DNA of 64,000 nucleotides from an uncultured Chloroflexia bacterium (GTDB taxonomy: Bacteria > Chloroflexota > Limnocylindria > Limnocylindrales > CSP1-4): assembly GCA_963745295.1 (NCBI GenBank), contig CAVUWG010000003.1, positions 679,497-743,496 on the forward strand. The letters are read 5' to 3'. The translations under genes and the position numbers were made by a program. Below are positions 1 to 8,202 of this stretch, one piece after another (the stretch's first letter is position 1; every line of letters begins with the position of its first letter). The notes under the pieces were generated by a model, which was not told the DNA's origin, searched no databases, and saw nothing but the letters and a program-made list of their open reading frames with translations.

Positions 1-651
1 CGGTGCCGCCGAAGAGGACGGCGAGGCCGACGCGGACGGCGAGGCTGAGGCGGATGCGGATGGTGCCACCGACTCCGAGTCGGACGGCGCAGCCGAGGGC
101 GAAGCGGTCGGGGCCGCCGTCGGTCGGGGCGTCGGCGTGCCACTGATGATGCCGCCGTTGCCCAGGAAGATCCCGTTGAGCAGGATCGCCGAGAAGATGA
201 CGACCGTCGCGATGACGAAGATCTTCGAGGCGTTGTCGGTCATGTGGACCGCGATCTGGGAGACGGTCGGCGCCTTGGCCGCTACCGGCGCTGACCCGCG
301 TCGACGGCCCGCCGCGGTCGCGACGACAGCGGTCGCGGCAAGCGCGTCGCTCTCGTCGGCCTCACCTTCGGCGCTCTCGTCGGCGTCGAGTCCGTCGTCA
401 GCCTCGACGACTTCAGGTTCCGGCTCGGCCTCGGCCTCGGGCTCGGGCTCCGGTGCGGCCTCCGGCTCCTGCTCGGGCGCCGGCTCGGCCTCGGGCTCCG
501 GCTCGACGTCCGGCTCCTGCTCCGGCGCCGGCTCGGCCTCGGGCTCCGGCGGGGGCTCGACGGCCGGCTCCGGGTCGACGACGGGCTCCGCCTCGGGCAG
601 GTCGGTCTCGTCCGGCGTCCCCTCCGGGACCCCCTCGGGTCGATCAGTCAT
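1..651 (-). CDS. hypothetical membrane protein, 5' portion only (gene runs off the left edge)
   Basis: Own translation of the minus strand from ATG (651-649): [23 protein letters not shown]... It has acidic Pro/Glu repeats, one clear TM helix ([21 protein letters not shown]) and a Ser/Ala/Pro-rich tail. The frame is open to position 1, with AGGAG 12 nt upstream. It is absent from the ORF track because no stop lies in the window. It competes with + ORF 137..760. Confidence 0.45.
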   Translation of the reverse strand, partial: MTDRPEGVPEGTPDETDLPEAEPVVDPEPAVEPPPEPEAEPAPEQEPDVEPEPEAEPAPEQEPEAAPEPEPEAEAEPEPEVVEADDGLDADESAEGEADESDALAATAVVATAAGRRRGSAPVAAKAPTVSQIAVHMTDNASKIFVIATVVIFSAILLNGIFLGNGGIISGTPTPRPTAAPTASPSAAPSDSESVAPSASASASPSASASPSSSAAP

Positions 652-756
652 GCGGTCGTGTCACTCCTGGCGCGCGGCATCGATCCGGCCGTCGGCACGC
701 GGGCGCCAGTGTACCCAAGGGTCCGGCCCACCGCCCGATGCGCCCGCCCGCCCCAC

Positions 757-2052
757 CTAGGCGTTGCGGATCGCCGGCACGAACCAGCCGGCGAGACCCG
801 TCACGAGCGTGATCAGTCCGAACAACGCGATCACGAAGGTCGCGGGCACCACGACGATCATCAGGCTGCCGACGGCCATCGCCACCGTCATCGACCCGAA
901 GACGAGCGCGAATCGGAAGCTGACGACCCGACCGAGCAGCGCCTGGGGCGTTCGCTCCTGGAACAGCGCCTGGCTCGGGATGAGGAAGACCATGTTGGCG
1001 ACGCCGGAACCGAAGGCGAGCCCCACCGCGATCGGGACGTTGTCCGTGATGGCCAGGAGGAACGTCAGGAGCCCCAGGACCGCGTACCCGGCGATGATCA
1101 TCTTGCCCTTGGCGATGCGGGTCCCGATGAGCCCGATCACGAAGCCACCGATCAGGGCTCCGGCCCCAGTCCCGGCCTCCATGAACCCCCAGACGGCCGC
1201 GTAGCCGATCGAGCTGTCGCTGTAGACCTCGTAGCAGTAGATCACGGTCAGGACGGTGAGGATCCCGACGGTGAACTGGGCGATGGTCGCCTGGATCGTG
1301 TTCGCGAGCAGCACGGACTCGTTGCGCAGGAACTTCCAGCCGAGGCGGAGCTCCTTGAAGAAGCCCCTCGGCTCCTTGGCTTCGGCCTCTTCGTCGGCTG
1401 TCCTCGGGCGTACGACGATCGTCGCCAGCAGGACGGCCGAAGCCAGGTAGGTGACGGCGTCCAGCCAGAACGCCAACGGCAAGGCCGACATCAGCGACGC
1501 CACGAACAGCCCGGCCAGCGGATAGGCGATGACGTCGGCGATCGTCTCCCCGACCCACATCGCCGAGTTGGCGGTCACCAACTCATCGCGTTCGACGAGC
1601 TGCGGCATGATCGCGACTCGCGCCGGGCGGAAGAAGATCGAGATCGAGGTGACGATGAAGATCAGCGGGTAGATGAGGATGACGTTGACGACCGCTGCGA
1701 TCGGGATGAGCAGGACGACCGCCGCTCGCAGGATGTCGCTGACGACGAGGACCTCCTTGCGGTCCCAGCGGTCGACGAACGTGCCAGCGATCGGCGAGAG
1801 GAACAGGTTCGGCAACGCGGCCGCGACGAAGGCGAAGGCCGCCAGGACCTCCGAACCGGTCGTCGTGAGGACCACGGCGGCCAGGGCGAACTGGTGGATG
1901 CGGTCACCGAACATCGAGATGAACTGACCGGCCCACAACGCCGAGAACGATCCGTTGAGCGCGAGCTTGACGTACGGATGGCGACGGAGGAGCTCGGCGA
2001 CCTCGGGTCGCGGAGCGGGGAGGGAGACGACGGTCGGGGACGAGAGTCGCAT
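757..2052 (-). CDS. MFS transporter
   Basis: ORF 757..2292. Multi-TM profile and MFS-type motifs (FSALWAGQFISMFGDRIHQFALAAVVL; VDRWDRKEVLVVSDILR). Start placed at internal ATG 2052 (MRLSSP...) because the first 80 codons are Arg/Ser-rich and overlap the upstream gene. Start uncertain. Confidence 0.85.
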   Translation of the reverse strand: MRLSSPTVVSLPAPRPEVAELLRRHPYVKLALNGSFSALWAGQFISMFGDRIHQFALAAVVLTTTGSEVLAAFAFVAAALPNLFLSPIAGTFVDRWDRKEVLVVSDILRAAVVLLIPIAAVVNVILIYPLIFIVTSISIFFRPARVAIMPQLVERDELVTANSAMWVGETIADVIAYPLAGLFVASLMSALPLAFWLDAVTYLASAVLLATIVVRPRTADEEAEAKEPRGFFKELRLGWKFLRNESVLLANTIQATIAQFTVGILTVLTVIYCYEVYSDSSIGYAAVWGFMEAGTGAGALIGGFVIGLIGTRIAKGKMIIAGYAVLGLLTFLLAITDNVPIAVGLAFGSGVANMVFLIPSQALFQERTPQALLGRVVSFRFALVFGSMTVAMAVGSLMIVVVPATFVIALFGLITLVTGLAGWFVPAIRNA

Positions 2053-2722
2053 CCCGCGGCCGCCCAGGAAGAGCGGTCGTTCGAGGGCCGCCACTCCCGC
2101 GAGCGCCGGCGAGAGACCGGAGTTGCCCTGCCGGAGAGCGCCGGCCGCCGCCTGTCCGTGCCTCCTCCACTTCCGGGAAGATCCCGACGATGCTGGCGAA
2201 CAGGAAGAACGCCAGGCCCGCTGCGAGGAAGACGTCGCCGACCGACGCGACGTTTTCGATGAATGGGAAGGGGATCGGGATGACGTCGCCAAGCGGGCCG
2301 AGGTGGAGCAGGAAGTTGGCGTCGAGGTTCGCCTCGAAGACCAGATGGATCGATGACTCGATATCAGCCGGCGTGAGCCCTGCCAGGGTGAGCGCGGGCC
2401 GCCAGACCGGCATGTACCCCTGGTTCACGACGATGACCAGCGCGTTCGCCAGCGTGCCGACGAAGGCCAGCGTCATGCCCGGGTAGGCCCGGTTCGCCCA
2501 GAGGCCGACGAGGAGCATCGAGAACGCTGTCGCCAGCAGTGGCAGGCGCAGGGTCTCGACGATCGGGACGTCGGCGGCGAGGAGCGCCTCGGTCGCGAAT
2601 CGCAGGACGACCGCAGCGGCGATCAGCGGGACCAGGCGCAGGCGGACCTCGGCCAGGTTGGTCAGCCGGCCCCCGACCAGCAGGCCCAGGATCAGGCCCA
2701 GGGCGATCCCGGCGATCAGCAC
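1904..2722 (-). CDS. DUF5317-like small polytopic membrane protein
   Basis: ORF 1904..2722 (GTG start). The first ~180 aa form 5-6 TM helices resembling DUF5317, assigned from memory. The last ~85 codons are Arg/Pro-rich and overlap the MFS 5' region, so the 3' end is doubtful. Confidence 0.65.
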   Translation of the reverse strand: MLIAGIALGLILGLLVGGRLTNLAEVRLRLVPLIAAAVVLRFATEALLAADVPIVETLRLPLLATAFSMLLVGLWANRAYPGMTLAFVGTLANALVIVVNQGYMPVWRPALTLAGLTPADIESSIHLVFEANLDANFLLHLGPLGDVIPIPFPFIENVASVGDVFLAAGLAFFLFASIVGIFPEVEEARTGGGRRSPAGQLRSLAGARGSGGPRTTALPGRPRDATLVPDRRLPPRSATRGRRAPPSPSVRQARAQRIVLGVVGRSVHLDVR

Positions 2723-2858
2723 ACGGAGCCCGTCCTCGGTGGCGGCGGTGCATGCACGTCCGTCATCATCGCCGCCGAGCGACGGCCGTGTCGGTCGGCG
2801 TTGCGCTGGTCAGGCTGGGACGGCGCGCGTTGAGCAGTCCGAACGAGGGTGCCGGGGC

Positions 2859-4307
2859 TCAGACGTGCTTGGCCGCGGCGCCGGTCGGGGCGGTCGGCGA
2901 GGCCGGATTGCCGGTCGCGCCGGGTAGATCCTGCACGGTGGTGGCGGTGTTCATCCGGTCGGCCGCCTGGGAGATCAGCGGGATCTGCCGCGGCTCGGGC
3001 CGTCGGCCCGGATCCGGGACGCCCTCGACATGATGCGTTCGCACGAAGGCATCGACGACGATGGGGTCGAACTGGACGCCGGCGAACTTGCGCAGCTCGG
3101 CGAGCGCCTGTTCGTTGGTCAGGGGCGTCATCCGGTAGGGGCGGGCGGCAGTCATCGCCTCGAAGGCGTCGGCGACGTGCAGGACGCGGGCGAGTTTGGG
3201 GATCTCGTCGCCGATCAGTCGATCCGGATACCCGGAGCCGTTGTACCACTCGTGGTGGTGGCGGATGATCGGCAGCTCCCGAGCCAGCTTCGTGACCGGG
3301 GCGATGATCTCGGCACCCAGGACCGGGTGCGAATTCATGGTCATCCGCTCCTGCCGGTTGAGCCGCTCGGGCTTCTTGAGGACGTCGTCCGGGACGCCGA
3401 TCTTGCCGACGTCGTGGAGGAGTCCGCCCCACTCGAGCGCCTCGAGATCCGAGTCCGAGAGGCGCATCACGCGCCCGATATCGACGGCGATCTCCTTGAC
3501 CCGGTGGCTATGCCGAGCCGTGTACGGGTCGCGCTTGTCGACCGCCTCGGCGAGCGCGCCGATCGTCTGGGTGAACATCTCGCGCATCTCGACGAACCGC
3601 TGCGACGCCATGCGCGTCGTGTACAGCGGCAGCGCGAACAGGAGGGTGGCCCACCACTGGATGGAGTACACGATCGACATGAGCCATCCGAGAGGAGCAA
3701 GAGCGAGGTTGTTGAATGCCGTTCCTTTGGAGTCCCCGATGATGACGCCAATCAAGGACTGACCCGTCCGGAGGGCGAGCACTCCGCCAGCCAGGAGCGT
3801 GTTGAGCAAGAAGAAGATCCCAGCCGCAATCATTACAGCCACGAAGTCGACGACGAGCTCAATCTCTCCGGTGGCTGCGACCGTCTCGACGATCAGGTAC
3901 CTGACGGTTCCAGCTACGACGGCTGGTAAGACGACACCAGCATGATTCGCCAATGTGCCGTACCAAGGGATTCGCCCTCGGAGCTCCCTCATCTCGGTGG
4001 TCCCAATACCCGCGACCCAACCACCAACGGCGGGTCCACCGAGAGTCATGGCTGCAATCACGGGAGCCATCGACACCGCGTGGTGAGATCCAAGAGGGAG
4101 TCTGACTGGCAGCGCCGAGGTGATCAGAGTCAGAATGGTCCAAAACGCGACGCCCAGTAGGATCTGGACGCTCTCCGTCGACTCGCCCGACAGCCCCACA
4201 TTTAGGGCGATGTCCTCGTTCGCGGGAAACACAAGAGTCGCAGCCACGAGTGCAACCGCACTCAGGACCACGACTCCGGCGATGTAGAGCCTTAGGGACT
4301 TAGGCAT
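2859..4307 (-). CDS. membrane-anchored HD-GYP domain phosphodiesterase (cyclic-dinucleotide hydrolase family)
   Basis: ORF 2859..4307. C-terminal HD-GYP catalytic motifs (HSHRVKEIAVDIG, LLHDVGKIGVPD, HHEWYNGSGYPDRL) follow a ~230-aa polytopic membrane domain. Confidence 0.9.
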   Translation of the reverse strand: MPKSLRLYIAGVVVLSAVALVAATLVFPANEDIALNVGLSGESTESVQILLGVAFWTILTLITSALPVRLPLGSHHAVSMAPVIAAMTLGGPAVGGWVAGIGTTEMRELRGRIPWYGTLANHAGVVLPAVVAGTVRYLIVETVAATGEIELVVDFVAVMIAAGIFFLLNTLLAGGVLALRTGQSLIGVIIGDSKGTAFNNLALAPLGWLMSIVYSIQWWATLLFALPLYTTRMASQRFVEMREMFTQTIGALAEAVDKRDPYTARHSHRVKEIAVDIGRVMRLSDSDLEALEWGGLLHDVGKIGVPDDVLKKPERLNRQERMTMNSHPVLGAEIIAPVTKLARELPIIRHHHEWYNGSGYPDRLIGDEIPKLARVLHVADAFEAMTAARPYRMTPLTNEQALAELRKFAGVQFDPIVVDAFVRTHHVEGVPDPGRRPEPRQIPLISQAADRMNTATTVQDLPGATGNPASPTAPTGAAAKHV

Positions 4308-4380
4308 CGACTGCCCTGTACGCTGCCACCACCCTGAACTGTAGCCCGTCCACCGTTCAAGCGGTTATGGCACCAACGTA

Positions 4381-4470
4381 CTAAAAGCCCCGCAGTGAAG
4401 CTCCACCTGCAGCCGCGATCATGGCGATGCTTGAGAGCGTCACCAGGATCCGCAGCACGCTTGCCTTCAT
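4381..4470 (-). CDS. candidate 29-aa hydrophobic small ORF
   Basis: Own minus-strand translation from ATG 4470 to TAG 4381: MKASVLRILVTLSSIAMIAAAGGASLRGF, one hydrophobic helix. GC3 is about 70% inside a ~55% GC spacer. It is below the ORF-track size cut-off, and no homology was checked. Confidence 0.3.
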   Translation of the reverse strand: MKASVLRILVTLSSIAMIAAAGGASLRGF

Positions 4471-4480
4471 GGGTAGCTGC

Positions 4481-4513
4481 CTACCAGCCCTTGATGACCA
4501 TGTCTTCGGACAC
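4481..4513 (-). CDS. candidate 10-codon leader ORF with strong SD
   Basis: GGAGG (4525-4521) lies 7 nt before GTG 4513. The ORF reads V-S-E-D-M-V-I-K-G-W-stop and starts ~40 nt after the terminator U-tract. Confidence 0.25.
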   Translation of the reverse strand: MSEDMVIKGW

Positions 4514-4552
4514 GCTAGTTCCTCCTTCGCGGCATTTCGTGCTCCGAGAACA

Positions 4553-4586
4553 CGAAAAACCGACCGGACTACGGGTCGGTCGGTTG
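4553..4586 (-). terminator. rho-independent terminator
   Basis: Read on the minus strand: AACCGACCG, 10-nt loop, CGGTCGGTT, running into TTTTT. The stem arms are + coordinates 4558-4566 and 4577-4585. Confidence 0.7.
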
Positions 4587-4686
4587 CACTACTCGCTCAG
4601 CTCCACCCTAAGTGCCCATTTCAGGTGGTGCTTCTGCGCGTCCGATCTTCTTTACATTGCTTCCTAGTACGTGGGTACTACGAAGT
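4553..4686 (-). ncRNA. candidate cis-regulatory leader (riboswitch/attenuator) or stand-alone ~130-nt sRNA
   Basis: The transcript is bounded by the promoter above and the intrinsic terminator. Internal hairpins are TAGTAC-CCAC-GTACTA and CCACC-16 nt-GGTGG. No ORF longer than 3 codons. An SD follows directly after the terminator. Confidence 0.35.
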
Positions 4687-4692
4687 GTCAGG

Positions 4693-4722
4693 ACTATAGG
4701 GACGCCAAACTGAGCCGGTCAA
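4693..4722 (-). promoter_or_regulatory. sigma-70/SigA-type promoter
   Basis: On the minus strand: -35 TTGACC (4722-4717), 18-nt spacer, -10 TATAGT (4698-4693). It sits about 20 nt after the stop of the upstream STAND gene, in a ~50% GC spacer. Confidence 0.5.
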
Positions 4723-4742
4723 TACGGCACCTTACCTATCCC

Positions 4743-7700
4743 TTACAGGGACTCGAGTGCCGGCGGCTCAACGCCCAGGGTCTCCCGCATGGTCGCGGCG
4801 TAGTGAGCGTATTGCTCCGCGGCGGCCGAATGAGATCCGCTGAGCCGATACAGCCTCAACAAGGAAAGTTCGATTTGGTCAGCGTCCGGGGTCATGTCCA
4901 GAGCTCGACGCGCCAATCCGATTCCACGGTCGAAGTGTCCGTTGACTGTGTCGATGGCGACTGCTTTCTCAATGATCTGGAGATACGAGGAGTGGAGGGA
5001 CGTCCGATAGTCAGTCGCCCATTCCTCATAGGCAAAGTCAAGCGCAAACGGGCCGACGTACGACTCCGATAGTTCGGCGACTTCTCCCGGCGTTGGCTCG
5101 GGTGACATTGCCCGAATGAGATCCAGGCACTCGCTGCTCTTCGAGGAGACAAGCTCTCGATCTAGCCAAATGACGTCCGATTCGTGGTGTACGTAAGCGG
5201 GCGAAAGGTCTTCCTTGTAGCTGGGCTCGAATACCCGGCGCAGGAAGTAGACGGTTTGGTTGAGGGAGTTGAGGGCATCCGCCGGATCAAATTCCGGCCA
5301 AAGCGCGTCCATCACCTCATCCCGAGTCGCGGCATACCTTGGTCGTGTCAAGAGGAAGCAGAGTAGGGCGAGTACCTTTCTACGGATTGAGGATCCGTCG
5401 ACCGCACGGTCGCCAACGCGAATGGAGACTCGACCCTGGTCCTCAACAAACACCTGATCGGCAACACGTCGGGCAAGAGCGCGACCCAACTCCGCGTCAG
5501 GCATACCCCGGTGGCGGTGCCCGACTTTTCGTAGGCGTGCAATGTCACCCGCCTCACCTACCTGTTCGAGGATGCGTGCGGCGGCGAGAGAGCCTCCGCC
5601 ACCTGAGTCGACAACGTATCGAAGCGCCTGTCGCCAGCGCTCGGGCCTGAGCGAGGCTTCCTTGAGTACAACTGAGACTTCACCCTCCCCGATGTCACCG
5701 AGCCTCTCTGAAACCAAATCGGCAACAAACGTCAACGACCAGCCGGGGCGTCGATGTCCTTGGCGGATGTATCGACTCAGGGCATCAGTTCCGTCGTGAA
5801 TTGCCCGGAGAGCCTCGCAGTACCCAAGCCAGAGGCCGGCAGATTGACGCTCCGAATGCCTCTTGGCCGAGTCGATGGCGTTTGCGGCGTCCGGCGATCC
5901 ACATGCAACCTCCACGTGCGCTCGCACAGATAAGACATAGGCTTTGAAACCGACGGAAATAGTAGGTTCGTCGGGGTCCAGTGCGGCAAGCACAGAACTA
6001 GCCTGTGTCGTGTCGCCATCGCGCAAGGCGAGGTAGGCAACCGTCGGCACGGACACGTGCCGGGCCCACGCAGCCATCTCGCCCATACCACGCAATTCAC
6101 TTAGATGGTCGGCCGCCCGTGTCGCATCGCCGTAGAGCGCCTCCATCTGAGCCGCCTCGCACAGGACGTCGATCCGAATTGTTTCGTTCGTTTCTTGACG
6201 TGCGTGCTCGAGCTCACGCCAGCCGACGTCCGAGTTGCCCAAGTGAACGTGAGCCCACGCCGCGAGAGCGCGAGCAGTCGCAATCTCCGCCGCGCCGGAA
6301 CTTCGCTCCAGTAGATCGATGGAGTGAGTCGCGGAATCCAAAGCATCTGGCGCCTCGGCCATAGCTCGCTGCAGCTCACCGAGGTTGAGATAGCTGATTC
6401 CTTCGAAGTGGCTCTCGCCGCGTACATGCTGGAGTGCTGCCAAGTCCTTGAGTTGGCCTGCTGACTTGGCGATGTCGCCGTCGAGGGAGGCGCGGATCGA
6501 GTCAATCAGCGCGTTCGCTATGCCGATCCATCCGGGATCCGTCGATGCCTGCGTGAGTTGCTTTGCAGCCGCAGTGGCCCCCCGTGCGTCCCCTAACGTC
6601 AAACTCAGCGACGCCAAGTTCGCCAGGGCCACATCGGATTGCGGGTCCATCTCGACGGCCTGCTTGGCTCGGGCGAGCGCCTGGCGGACATCGCCCTGCT
6701 TGAAGTCGCGACGGGAGAGGACGACCAGGAAACTGGCCCGCTGCGCATCCTCGGCGACGTCCGCCACGAATGGCGCGGCGACCAGGTACTCCCCGCGACC
6801 GATGATGGTCTGTGCCGATGCGTCGATGATCGCGTAGGCCCGCAAGCGATCGCCGGCCGCCCAGTGGTGATGGGCCGCGATCCGCCAATCGTGGCCCTCG
6901 GCGTGCGCGGCGACGGTCCGATGCAGCTCGCGGACCGCATCCTCTCCAAAATCACGCGAAAGTCGGGCTTCAAGGAATTCGCGGACGAGCGGGTGGTACC
7001 GCAGTTCCGTTCGAGGCCCTCGGGCCCGCCGTCCGAGCAGGGTGACACGCTCGGCCGCGGCGGTGAGACGCGAGACTTCGACCGGTTCAAGGTCGGTCAC
7101 GACTTCGGCCAGCTCCGGCGTGACGAGCTGGAGGATCGAGGTTCGCATCAGGAATCGCTGGAGATCCGCCGGCAGGTCACCGACGACCTCCTCGGCCAGG
7201 TAGTCGTACAACTCCTGATCGCCGCCCGACAGATTGCGAACGAAGCGGCGGATCTCGACCGGCGTTCGGTCTCGCAACGCGGCGTGCACCAATTGCAGTG
7301 AGGCGGCCCAACCCTCCGTGCGGGCGGTCACATCGGCCAGCACGTCAGGCTCGAGCGTCCGGCCGTACGACTCGCTGAACAGCCTCGAGGTCTCATCCGA
7401 GTCGAACCGCAGGTCGTCGCGAGTCAGCTCGGCGACCTCGCCGATCGCTCGGAGCTTGGCGATCGGGATGCTTGGCGACCGACGACTGGCGAAGACGATC
7501 GTGAGGCGTTCGGGGGCTCGATCGACCAGCTCGCGAACGATCAACTGGACGTCTGGCGCGTCGTCGACCAGGTGGAAGTCATCGAAGATCAGGACGGCGC
7601 CGTGCGGTGCGATCGCCTGCACCTCGCGCATGAAGACGTTGATGACGGTGTCTCGGGTCGGGCCACTCAGGCTCTTGTCTGCGAGCATCGCTGCCGTGTT

Positions 7701-8174
7701 CGGCGCGAACGCGGGGTCTGCTTCTCGGCCGGCCGCCACCAGATGATGGAGGACCGAGATCCAGTCCCGGTCGTCTTCGTCGAGCCGATACCACAACGTT
7801 CGCAGCCGGGTCCGACCGGCGAAGTCCGCCAACAGCGTCGTCTTCCCGTATCCGGCGTCGGCGAGGACCAGGATGATCCGGTGGTGGATCTTGGCCGCGA
7901 GCCAGTCCAGCAGGCGATGGCGGGCCAGCGTCTCCTGCCGCAGCGGCGGAGGCTGCACCTTCGCGTACTGGATCGGAAAGCCGCTCACGTCGTCACGGTG
8001 GGCTCCGCTGGCCGGTGAGGCGGCGGTCGCTCCCGCTCCGGCGGCGACCGGCGACGGCGAGCGCTCGCCTGACGGATGGGTGCGGGGGTGGGCGAACGAT
8101 ACGGAGCGGTCGCGCCGCGTGTCAACGGAAGAGTCCGGAAGTGCCATGGCGCCATCGTGACGCCAGGCCCTCAC
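4743..8174 (-). CDS. large STAND/MalT-like ATPase transcriptional regulator with C-terminal winged-helix + BTAD module
   Basis: ORF 4743..8174. N-terminal P-loop ATPase (Walker A LVLADAGYGKTTLLADF, Walker B-like VLIFDDFH), central helical/TPR-like repeats, and a C-terminal OmpR-type wHTH plus BTAD (KVLALLCFLLTRPRYAATRDEVMDALWP; LSLLRLYRLSGSHSAAAEQYAHYAATMRETLGVEP). Confidence 0.85.
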   Translation of the reverse strand: MRAWRHDGAMALPDSSVDTRRDRSVSFAHPRTHPSGERSPSPVAAGAGATAASPASGAHRDDVSGFPIQYAKVQPPPLRQETLARHRLLDWLAAKIHHRIILVLADAGYGKTTLLADFAGRTRLRTLWYRLDEDDRDWISVLHHLVAAGREADPAFAPNTAAMLADKSLSGPTRDTVINVFMREVQAIAPHGAVLIFDDFHLVDDAPDVQLIVRELVDRAPERLTIVFASRRSPSIPIAKLRAIGEVAELTRDDLRFDSDETSRLFSESYGRTLEPDVLADVTARTEGWAASLQLVHAALRDRTPVEIRRFVRNLSGGDQELYDYLAEEVVGDLPADLQRFLMRTSILQLVTPELAEVVTDLEPVEVSRLTAAAERVTLLGRRARGPRTELRYHPLVREFLEARLSRDFGEDAVRELHRTVAAHAEGHDWRIAAHHHWAAGDRLRAYAIIDASAQTIIGRGEYLVAAPFVADVAEDAQRASFLVVLSRRDFKQGDVRQALARAKQAVEMDPQSDVALANLASLSLTLGDARGATAAAKQLTQASTDPGWIGIANALIDSIRASLDGDIAKSAGQLKDLAALQHVRGESHFEGISYLNLGELQRAMAEAPDALDSATHSIDLLERSSGAAEIATARALAAWAHVHLGNSDVGWRELEHARQETNETIRIDVLCEAAQMEALYGDATRAADHLSELRGMGEMAAWARHVSVPTVAYLALRDGDTTQASSVLAALDPDEPTISVGFKAYVLSVRAHVEVACGSPDAANAIDSAKRHSERQSAGLWLGYCEALRAIHDGTDALSRYIRQGHRRPGWSLTFVADLVSERLGDIGEGEVSVVLKEASLRPERWRQALRYVVDSGGGGSLAAARILEQVGEAGDIARLRKVGHRHRGMPDAELGRALARRVADQVFVEDQGRVSIRVGDRAVDGSSIRRKVLALLCFLLTRPRYAATRDEVMDALWPEFDPADALNSLNQTVYFLRRVFEPSYKEDLSPAYVHHESDVIWLDRELVSSKSSECLDLIRAMSPEPTPGEVAELSESYVGPFALDFAYEEWATDYRTSLHSSYLQIIEKAVAIDTVNGHFDRGIGLARRALDMTPDADQIELSLLRLYRLSGSHSAAAEQYAHYAATMRETLGVEPPALESL

Positions 8175-8202
8175 CGGACCCTTAGCTGCGGCTGGGCGGT
8201 CC

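Noticed and set aside
137-760. 207-aa plus-strand ORF at the left edge
   Set aside because: Its translation is Ser/Gly/Ala low-complexity with no hydrophobic or domain features. The opposite strand gives an ATG with an SD, a clean TM helix and coherent domain organisation. I kept the minus-strand partial CDS, at modest confidence only.
658-2262. 534-aa plus-strand ORF, and 10125..11390 + (421 aa)
   Set aside because: Antisense to the MFS transporter and to dnaB respectively. Highly charged, repetitive translations.
4553-4686. Assignment of the HD-GYP leader to the c-di-GMP-I (GEMM) class
   Set aside because: Only a loose match (GGACGCGCAGAAGC versus the ACGCAAAGC core) is present. The expected GNRA tetraloop/receptor pair in P1/P2 is absent. 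It is left as an unassigned candidate.
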